Positions 10,730-18,016 of a DNA stretch of 64,000 nucleotides are shown piece by piece (the first letter of the stretch is position 1; each line of letters opens with the position of its first letter). A program made the translations under genes and the position numbers. Under the pieces are notes generated by a model that did no database searches, was not told the origin of the DNA, and worked only from the letters and a program-made list of their open reading frames with translations. Source of the DNA: Acidobacteriota bacterium (GTDB lineage Bacteria > Acidobacteriota > Thermoanaerobaculia > Multivoradales > UBA5704). The stretch spans positions 69,330-133,329 of the forward strand of contig JBDTZG010000009.1 of assembly GCA_040005235.1 (NCBI GenBank). The letters run 5' to 3'.

Positions 10730-12376
10730 CTAGCCTAACTCTCCGACGCGGAAATTCGACAATTCGCGGCCGGACTTGGCGTCGTAGACGTGGACGGTGC
10801 AGACCAGGCACGAGTCGAACGAGCGCGCCACGTGCCCCATCTCGACCGGATCGGTCGGATCGGCGATCCGCGAGCCGAGAAACGCCTGTTCCATCGGCCC
10901 CAGGGTGCCGACCCGATCGCGCGGGCCGATGTTCCAGGCGGTCGGCGTGACCACCTGATAGTTTTCGATCCGGCCGTTGCTGATCACGATCCAATCCGAC
11001 AGCGAACCGCGCGCCGCCTCGGTCGAGCCGAATCCGCGCCCCTCCGCCAGCTCTTCGGGCTTGTTGTAGAAGCGTCCGTGCAGGTCGAGCTCGTCGAGCC
11101 ACTTGCGGGAGAGCTGAACATATTTCGCCGCCTCGTGCATGCGCGCCATCACGCGCACCAGCACGCTCGGCCCCACCGTGCCTACGGCGTCCAGGAACAA
11201 CGGATCGAAATCCTGATGCGCCGCGGCGTTCGGCCTGCCCGCGACCACCTGACGCGCGAGCGGCCCGGCTTCGAGCGGCATCGCCCCCTTACCCGGCACC
11301 TCGTAGCGAGGCGACTTCGCCCAGCTGTATTTGCCCTGCTTGTGGCCATCGAGCGGATCGATCGGATCGGTCTCGCCCTGCCAGGGATGCAGGAACCGGT
11401 CGCCCTTGTAGAACGAATGCGACGTGTCCTCGCGCACGTTCAGGTGGTCGAAGTCGTGGAAGCCCGCGCCGTCGTAGATTCCCGAGCGGTTGATCAGCGC
11501 GTCGTTCCTCCCCTCGATCGTCGGGTGCTCGTACAGCTCGGGCCGGAAATAGGTCCCGGTCGCAAGGTACGCGCCGCAGCCGGCGCCGAATTTGTCGAGC
11601 CCGGCGCGCAGGCCGAAGCGCAGGAACAACCCGCAGTCCGAGTTGCGCTGGCTGTCGTTTTCATCCGCCCAGGCGAGGACGTCCGCCCAGGTCTTGTTTT
11701 CCAGCCAGCGCTCGACCGAACAGCCGAGCCAGACCTTCTCCAGCCAGTCGCGTTTCCAGTTGTCGAGGATCGCGATCGCCCGCGTCACGTCCGAGAGGGT
11801 GGGCGCGCACATCACGCCGCCCGGAATCATGAAGCTCGAATGCGGCCATTGGCCACCGAACAGGGCGTAGACCTCGACCGGCTTGCCCGACATGGTGACG
11901 CCGCGCTCGTAGCTGGTGCCGACGAACGGCGCGAAGCGCCGCACCACCTCGTCGTACTCCGGCAGATGGGCGTAGTTCTTGTTCGTCAGATCGATCGCGA
12001 ACAGGGCATAGAACCAGCGCGGAATCGATTGCAGGGTTTCGCACGCCTGGGCGATGTTCCGCACCAGCGTTGCGTTTCTCGGGACGTGGGTTTTCCATGC
12101 GGTGTCGAGCGCATAGACCGCCTTGTAGAGATGGCTGCCGCCGCAGATGCCGCAGATCCGCGGGGTGACGATCAAGCCGGCCTGAGGATCCTTGCCGCGC
12201 AGGATGATCTCGAAACCGCGGAACATGCTGCATTCGGTCCACGCGTCGGTGACCACCCCATCCTTGACCTTGACCCGCAGGTCGAGGTCCCCCTCGACGC
12301 GGCCCAGGGGACTGATCCGAAGGTCGATGGGCAGCGGCAAGAGGCCGGGCGGATCGGTTGCGACCGCGGTCGTCAT
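10730..12376 (-). CDS. hucL: [NiFe]-hydrogenase large subunit, group 2a (Huc-type)
   Basis: GRVEGDLD, L1 motif PRICGICGGSH, GGQWPHSSF, L2 motif SFDSCLVCTVH, followed by a cleavable C-terminal tail. Confidence 0.95.
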   Translation of the reverse strand: MTTAVATDPPGLLPLPIDLRISPLGRVEGDLDLRVKVKDGVVTDAWTECSMFRGFEIILRGKDPQAGLIVTPRICGICGGSHLYKAVYALDTAWKTHVPRNATLVRNIAQACETLQSIPRWFYALFAIDLTNKNYAHLPEYDEVVRRFAPFVGTSYERGVTMSGKPVEVYALFGGQWPHSSFMIPGGVMCAPTLSDVTRAIAILDNWKRDWLEKVWLGCSVERWLENKTWADVLAWADENDSQRNSDCGLFLRFGLRAGLDKFGAGCGAYLATGTYFRPELYEHPTIEGRNDALINRSGIYDGAGFHDFDHLNVREDTSHSFYKGDRFLHPWQGETDPIDPLDGHKQGKYSWAKSPRYEVPGKGAMPLEAGPLARQVVAGRPNAAAHQDFDPLFLDAVGTVGPSVLVRVMARMHEAAKYVQLSRKWLDELDLHGRFYNKPEELAEGRGFGSTEAARGSLSDWIVISNGRIENYQVVTPTAWNIGPRDRVGTLGPMEQAFLGSRIADPTDPVEMGHVARSFDSCLVCTVHVYDAKSGRELSNFRVGELG

Positions 12377-12407
12377 GTCATTCTCCGTAAGCGTTCGAAC
12401 CGCGGGC

Positions 12408-13379
12408 CTAGACGACGAACATGTCTTCCTTCGACCATTTCGGAGCCGCGATGCGGGCGGCGGCGGCGTGCGCCATGTAGGACACGTGATCGGTGCCTAC
12501 GGGCACTTCCTTGGGAATCGTGCCGCTGATCTTCTGGGTCTTGAACACGGTGCCGGGCCTCAAGTCGTGGAACGGAAACTCCGGCTCGGTGCAGCCGGTG
12601 CACGGCATGCCGGCGCGCGTCTTGCTCGACTGGCGGTTCCACAGGATGCGGTTGCACGGCGAATGGGTGAGCGGGCCGCGGCAACCGAACTCATAGAACA
12701 GACAGCCGGTGCGGGTGCCCTGGCCGAATTCCATCGTCGCCTGCTTGTACTCGAAGAATTGGACGCGGGTGCAGCCGGTCTGGGTGAAGCTCTTGAAGAA
12801 GGTGATCGGGCGCTGGAGGTCGTCGAGCGCGATGTCGGCCGCTCGGCCGGAGGCGATCGCCACCAAAATCTGGGTGATCCAGTCGGGATGGGAAGGGCAG
12901 CCGGGAATGTTGATCACCGGCAGGCCCCACTTGGAACGGAAGCCGGCGCCCAGGAATCCGCCATGGTTGCGCTTCAGGTATTGGAGGCCGATGTTGTCCA
13001 CCGGATTCGGTTCGGTCGCCGGAATGCCGCCCCAGCAGGCGCAATCGCCGATCGCAACGACCGCGTTGGCCTGCGGCGCCAGATCCCGCACCCAGTCCTT
13101 CATCGGCCGATCGGCGAACATGTTGTAGCGGCCGGTGCCGTTGGGCCCTTGGATCACCGTCCCCTCGAACACGAAGATGTCGAGCGGCCGGGCGCCGGAG
13201 GCGCAATCGTTGAAGATCTTCTTGGCGTTGTCGCCCATCTCCACCCCGAGCGACGGGTGCCATAGGATGTCGATTCCGAAATCGGTCACCAAATCGCAGG
13301 CGCTCGGCTCGTCCGCGTTCAAAAAGGACATGGTGTTGCCGCTACACGCACCACCTTGAAGCCAGAGCACGGTCGCCAT
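12408..13379 (-). CDS. hucS: [NiFe]-hydrogenase small subunit, group 2a
   Basis: WLQGGACSGNT (Asn at the proximal-cluster position), GDCACWGG, PGCP, TQTGCTR and GMPCTGC; no Tat signal; AAGGAG RBS. Confidence 0.95.
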   Translation of the reverse strand: MATVLWLQGGACSGNTMSFLNADEPSACDLVTDFGIDILWHPSLGVEMGDNAKKIFNDCASGARPLDIFVFEGTVIQGPNGTGRYNMFADRPMKDWVRDLAPQANAVVAIGDCACWGGIPATEPNPVDNIGLQYLKRNHGGFLGAGFRSKWGLPVINIPGCPSHPDWITQILVAIASGRAADIALDDLQRPITFFKSFTQTGCTRVQFFEYKQATMEFGQGTRTGCLFYEFGCRGPLTHSPCNRILWNRQSSKTRAGMPCTGCTEPEFPFHDLRPGTVFKTQKISGTIPKEVPVGTDHVSYMAHAAAARIAAPKWSKEDMFVV

Positions 13380-13408
13380 CGTTTCTCGTCTCCTTCTCGC
13401 TCGATTCT

Positions 13409-13471
13409 TAGGGACCGAGGAATCTTGTCCGCTGCACCTTGACAGAGCAATAGCAAGAACTAGGTAGGGAC
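13409..13471 (-). promoter_or_regulatory. Putative hucS promoter with two TAGGGAC motifs
   Basis: Minus strand TTGCTC-17-CAAGAT; TAGGGAC on the + strand at 13409 and 13465. Confidence 0.35.
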
Positions 13472-13505
13472 ACATCCGGCAACCCGGCCCGGCTGTGAAA
13501 ACGCC

Positions 13506-14144
13506 CTACCCCCCCGCACCCCGAGGTATCAGGATCAAACCTCGCGCGACCGCCGCGCGTACCAGCTCCACCTGATTGTGGGCGTCGAGCTTCTGCATCA
13601 GGTTCGCCCGGTGGCGGGTCGCCGTGTGAGGGGAGACGCCGAGGATCTCGGCCACGTGCTGGGTGGTGTGACCGTCGGCGATCAATTGAAGGACATCGCG
13701 CTCGCGGGCGGTGAGGCCGGAGCGGGCGGTTTCGAGCGCCTTGACGTGGGCGAAATCGATGCTGCGGCTGACGTAACGTTCGCCGGCGAGCACGGCGTCG
13801 AGCGCCAGGAACAACTCGTCGTCCATCGCGTGCTTCAGGAGGTAGCCGTCGGCCCCGTCGGCGAGCGCCTGGGCGATGAATTGCGCGTCGTCGTACATCG
13901 AGAGCACCAGGACCCGCGTGCGCGCTCCACCCGCGCGCAGCCGACGCAGCGCCTCCAGGCCGTCGAGGCGCGGCATCGAAAGGTCGAGCAGCAGTGCGTC
14001 GGGGTCCGTGTCGCGCACGGCGATCAGCGCGTCCTCGCCGTTGCCGGCTTCGGCCACCACGGTGAAACGGCCGTCGGTCGCGAGCAGGGCGGCGAGCCCC
14101 CGGCGCACCAGGGCATGATCGTCCGCGAGCACGATGCTAAACAC
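13506..14144 (-). CDS. NarL/LuxR-family response regulator
   Basis: LADDH, LLDLSMP and GYLLK receiver motifs; C-terminal LTARE...HRANLMQKL helix-turn-helix. Confidence 0.95.
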   Translation of the reverse strand: MFSIVLADDHALVRRGLAALLATDGRFTVVAEAGNGEDALIAVRDTDPDALLLDLSMPRLDGLEALRRLRAGGARTRVLVLSMYDDAQFIAQALADGADGYLLKHAMDDELFLALDAVLAGERYVSRSIDFAHVKALETARSGLTARERDVLQLIADGHTTQHVAEILGVSPHTATRHRANLMQKLDAHNQVELVRAAVARGLILIPRGAGG

Positions 14145-15927
14145 TGTCGCCTCCTCCCCACGGGACCGAGACCTCGACCGACGTTCCCTCGCCCGGCAGG
14201 GTCACGATCGACAGGGTGCCGCCGAACATTCCGACCCGCTCGCGCATGCCGAGCAGGCCCAAGCCGTGACGGACCGTGCCGGGATCGAAACCGCTGCCGT
14301 CGTCGGCGACCGTCAGGCGGAGCCGTCCGCCTTCGGCGACCAACGACAAGCGGACCCGCAACGCGTCCGCGTGGGCCGCCACGTTGGTGAGCGCCTCCTG
14401 CGCGATGCGATAGATCGCGATCTCCGCCGCCGACGCGAGAGAGGCGGGGATCGGCGGTAGGTCGAGATCGACCTCGAAGCCGGCGCGTACGCTGTATTCG
14501 ATCGCCAGCTGGCGCAGAGCGACCTCCAGCCCGAGCTGGTCGAGAGTCGGCGGACGCAGGCGGCGCGCCAGGTCTTTGATCCGCGTCGTCGCCGCGTTGA
14601 CCTGCTCGCGCAGGTGATCGAGCTGCTCGCGCAAAGCCGACTGCTCGACCGGCACCAGGCGGGCCATCACCTGCAGGCCGAGCTTCACCCCCACCAGCGC
14701 CTGGCCCGCCTCGTCGTGCAGCTCGCGCGCGATGTGCTGGCGCTCGTCCTCCAAGATCGTCACGTTGTGCGCCGAGAGCGCCCGGATCTCCTGGCTCTTG
14801 CCTTCGAGGTCGGAGAGCAGGCGGGTGTTTTCGATCGCCACCGCGGTCGTGTTCGCGAGCGATTCGAGAAACATTGCGTCCTGCCAGGAAAACGGCGGCT
14901 GGTCGACCCCCCGATGCAGCTCGAAGAAGCCGAGCACCCGGCCGTCGCTCGACTTGATCGGAATGCAGACGGCGCGCCCGACCGCGAAGCGCCGGGCGAG
15001 ATCGAGATCGGCGAGCGGATCGTGCGGGTAGTCGTTGGCGAGATAGGGAAACTCGATCTCCAGCAAGTAGCCGGCCAGGCCCTCGCCGCGCCGGAACCGC
15101 CGCGGCCCCTCGCTCCAACCAGCGCGATGCCAATAACCCGTGGATACCATTTCGAGCTCGCCCGAAGGCGACAGCTCGGCGAGCCCCGCCAGCCCTCCGA
15201 CACCTTTCAAAAAGCGCGCGGCGTGCTCCACCAGATGACGGACCAGCTCGGAGGAATCGAGGTGGGCGTTCACCGCCGCGCCGAACGCGAGCAGCGCTTC
15301 GAGTCCGGTCGACCAATCCCCCAGCCGTTCGATTAGAAGCGCGCGCTCGAAGCCGACCGCCGCCTGGAGCGCGATCGTCTCGGCCAAACGATATTCGAGC
15401 GCGCCGAACGGCGCCGGCCCCCGGCGGTTGACCGCGAGCAGCACCGCGACCGTGCGCCCCTGGTTGTCGAGCGCCGGTACCGCCAGCGCGTTGCGCCAGC
15501 CGAGGTCGCCGAGCTGCAGGCGGTAGGCAACCTCGTCGCGCGGCGCGCAGGCGAGCACGCCGCGCCGTTGGCGTGCTACCTGGAGCAGTAGAGCGAGCGT
15601 CGGCTCGTCGGGCGGCGGCGCCGGAACGCTCTGGCCGACGACGTAGACGCCGATCGCCCCCAGAGCCTGGTCGTCGGTGACCGCGACCACCGCCCGGCTG
15701 GCGTTCAAAGCGATCGCGAACGCGCGCGCGAGCGACGTGGCGAGATCGGGGCTCGACAGCTCGTTGACCACGGCCCGCGCGGTGCCGTGAACCCGTTCGA
15801 TCGCCGCCAGAATCCGCCCGCTCTCGGCCCGCGCCGCGGCCGGGTTCCAAACCTCGGTATCGGGCCGCTCTTGAAGCGTGCCCAAGGAGGGCATCGGCGG
15901 GGCGAGAATGAACGGGTCGTAAGGCAT
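14137..15927 (-). CDS. Cytoplasmic GAF-GAF sensor histidine kinase (HisKA_3)
   Basis: Two GAF-like segments; ERQHIARELHDEAGQ, QEALTNV, DDGSGF and GLGLLGMRER; no clear transmembrane helix. Confidence 0.92.
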   Translation of the reverse strand: MPYDPFILAPPMPSLGTLQERPDTEVWNPAAARAESGRILAAIERVHGTARAVVNELSSPDLATSLARAFAIALNASRAVVAVTDDQALGAIGVYVVGQSVPAPPPDEPTLALLLQVARQRRGVLACAPRDEVAYRLQLGDLGWRNALAVPALDNQGRTVAVLLAVNRRGPAPFGALEYRLAETIALQAAVGFERALLIERLGDWSTGLEALLAFGAAVNAHLDSSELVRHLVEHAARFLKGVGGLAGLAELSPSGELEMVSTGYWHRAGWSEGPRRFRRGEGLAGYLLEIEFPYLANDYPHDPLADLDLARRFAVGRAVCIPIKSSDGRVLGFFELHRGVDQPPFSWQDAMFLESLANTTAVAIENTRLLSDLEGKSQEIRALSAHNVTILEDERQHIARELHDEAGQALVGVKLGLQVMARLVPVEQSALREQLDHLREQVNAATTRIKDLARRLRPPTLDQLGLEVALRQLAIEYSVRAGFEVDLDLPPIPASLASAAEIAIYRIAQEALTNVAAHADALRVRLSLVAEGGRLRLTVADDGSGFDPGTVRHGLGLLGMRERVGMFGGTLSIVTLPGEGTSVEVSVPWGGGDSV

Positions 15928-15931
15928 CGAA

Positions 15932-16648
15932 TCACATTGCCGCGGCCGCGATTTCGGGTGGGCGCGCGGCAGCCGAGGTGAAATCCGGTCCGAGGCGGCG
16001 GCGCTCTTCGAGGAACGCCAGCCACTCCTCCATCCCGAAGCCGGTCTTGGCGGAGGTGACGATCACCGGCAGGCCCGGGCGCACCGCTTCGATGTTCGCG
16101 CGCGCCGCCGCCTCGTCGAATTCGCACGGCAAGGCGAGATCCCACTTGGTGATCAAGGCGAGGTCCGCTGAATTGAAGATCCCGGGGTATTTGAGCGGTT
16201 TGTCCTCGCCTTCGGTCACCGACAGGAGGACCACGCGCACCGCCTCGCCCAGGTCGTAGCTCGAAGGGCAGACGAGGTTGCCGACGTTTTCGACGAACAG
16301 GTAGGCGAGGCCCGCGAGCGGCCAGCCTTCGAGGTGCGATTCGACCCACTCGGCTTCGAGATGACAGCGCCCGTGGGTGTTGATCTGGCGCACCGGCGCG
16401 CCGCTCGCCGCCAGGCGGCGCGCGTCGTTGTCGGTTTCCAAGTCGCCGACCAGAGCCGCCACCGGCACGCTGCGCTTCACCAGCTCGGAGAGCGTCCGTT
16501 CGAGAAACGCGGTCTTGCCGGTGCCCGGGCTCGACACCAGGTTGAGGGTCAAGACGTCGGCGGCGCGGAACCGCGCGCGCAGGGCGCGGGCGGTCTCGTC
16601 GTTCTTGTTCAGGATGTCCCGCCGAAGCTCAAGGATGCGAGTGGTCAT
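15932..16648 (-). CDS. hypB: Nickel-insertion GTPase HypB
   Basis: SSPGTGKT, CHL, ENVGNLVCP, EGEDKPLKYP and TKWD. Confidence 0.96.
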   Translation of the reverse strand: MTTRILELRRDILNKNDETARALRARFRAADVLTLNLVSSPGTGKTAFLERTLSELVKRSVPVAALVGDLETDNDARRLAASGAPVRQINTHGRCHLEAEWVESHLEGWPLAGLAYLFVENVGNLVCPSSYDLGEAVRVVLLSVTEGEDKPLKYPGIFNSADLALITKWDLALPCEFDEAAARANIEAVRPGLPVIVTSAKTGFGMEEWLAFLEERRRLGPDFTSAAARPPEIAAAAM

Positions 16649-17055
16649 AAAGCCGTTTCCCCGCTTGCCAAGCTGTCCGCGCGCCCGTCGGTGGCCGTCT
16701 CGTCTTCGAGGGAATCGACCTCGATCGCCTCGATGTGCAGCTCGCGCCCCTTGCGGATGTCGCCGCTCGGAGTACCGCAGACCGTGCAGCGAAACTGCGT
16801 CGGTCCCGGCAACTCCACGTCCCGCGCACAGGTGGCGCAGTGGACGATCAAGGGTACCTCGCGCACGACCAGCCGGGAGCCTTCGAGCAGTGTATCCCGG
16901 ACCGCGATGTCGTAGCAAAATAGAAGCGAATCCACCGAAACGCCCCCGAGCACGCCTACCGCGATGCGCACTTCGCGCACCCTTGGCGACCCGGCCCGCT
17001 CCACCACCGGAAGCGCCAGCTCGACCAGCGAATGGGCGATCGACAGCTCGTGCAT
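16645..17055 (-). CDS. hypA: Nickel metallochaperone HypA
   Basis: MHE N-terminus and two CxxC motifs. Confidence 0.96.
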   Translation of the reverse strand: MHELSIAHSLVELALPVVERAGSPRVREVRIAVGVLGGVSVDSLLFCYDIAVRDTLLEGSRLVVREVPLIVHCATCARDVELPGPTQFRCTVCGTPSGDIRKGRELHIEAIEVDSLEDETATDGRADSLASGETAL

Positions 17056-17066
17056 GTTGCGGCGGA

Positions 17067-17855
17067 TCAGCCGCCGAGCCCCCGGCCGTAGCTCTTCGCC
17101 ACGTAGAGCACGAGGCGAACCGTAGCCTGGATCTCGGGGTCCTTGAGCGAGCGGTACAGCTCGAACAGGCCGACCGGCTTGGCCGGATGGGCGAGAAAGT
17201 CCTGGTAGCTCGCCGCCACTGTGCGCCCGATCCGGACGAGCACCTCGACGGTCTGGCGATCGAACATTCCCGCCTCGGCGAGCACCTCGCCGGCTTCGAC
17301 CAGGCCGGGCAGCTCCGAGATGATGCGGCGGACCCGCTCGGGGTCCAGGTCGGGAATCGCGGTCTTTAGATCGGACATGCCCTCGGCCACCGATTCGATC
17401 ACGGCATCGCTCCGGCGCAAGAAGCCGTCGAGCGAATCGAGCAGAAAGGCGATCACCTCGACGTTGCCGAGCAGCGAGGAGAGCGCCTGGATCGTCTTGG
17501 GATCGCCGAGCTTTTCGAGCAGGCCGGAGTCGAGCAGCCGGGAAACCTCGGGCCGGGCCGCCAGGTCCGCCATGCGCCCTCCCGTCCGCAACAACTGGGG
17601 CACCTTGGCCATCAGCTCGCCGCTTCCCTCCTCCCCCACCATGTGGCGCAGCTCGCCCATCCCTTGGGCGACGGAGTCGGCGACCACCTCGGCGCGACGG
17701 AGAAACCCTTCGAACGCCTCGACGGAGAAGACGATGACGTCCAGCCGATCGAGCAGGCGGTTCAGCGAGTCGACCGTCGCCGGCTCGCCAAGCCTCTCCA
17801 GCAGGCGCTCCTGGGGGGTGAGCACCCCGGCGCTGCCGTCACCGCCTGTCGCCAT
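17067..17855 (-). CDS. HucM-like helical scaffold (DUF1641-type C-terminus) with an internal tandem duplication
   Basis: All-helical; LDGFLRR motif; C-terminal GLFELYRSLKDPEIQ; first gene of the huc/hyp unit; GGGAGG RBS. Confidence 0.78.
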   Translation of the reverse strand: MATGGDGSAGVLTPQERLLERLGEPATVDSLNRLLDRLDVIVFSVEAFEGFLRRAEVVADSVAQGMGELRHMVGEEGSGELMAKVPQLLRTGGRMADLAARPEVSRLLDSGLLEKLGDPKTIQALSSLLGNVEVIAFLLDSLDGFLRRSDAVIESVAEGMSDLKTAIPDLDPERVRRIISELPGLVEAGEVLAEAGMFDRQTVEVLVRIGRTVAASYQDFLAHPAKPVGLFELYRSLKDPEIQATVRLVLYVAKSYGRGLGG

Positions 17856-17923
17856 GCGTGATCCTCCCTGCGACGCGAGGTTCCCAAGATCCCGACTGTA
17901 TACCCCCACGCGCCCGCGCAACC

Positions 17924-17941
17924 ATGGCATAAGTTTGCCAT
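17924..17941. promoter_or_regulatory. Inverted repeat ATGGCA-N6-TGCCAT in the divergent hucM-like/hypF promoter region
   Basis: Perfect 6-bp arms seen directly. Confidence 0.5.
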
Positions 17942-18016
17942 CTAAACATCCCGACAAATTTACCGCCCGGATTCCGAAAGAGAGCCCAAAGAACCCCTGC
18001 TGCTAGAGTCGCTCCA

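Noticed and set aside
10730-13379. Group 1h or selenocysteine-containing hydrogenase
   Set aside because: Motifs match group 2a; all four Ni-binding Cys are present and there is no in-frame TGA.
17925-17940. Sigma54 promoter (TGGCA...TTGC)
   Set aside because: GG-to-GC spacing is 9 nt on both strands rather than the required 10; treated as a palindrome instead.
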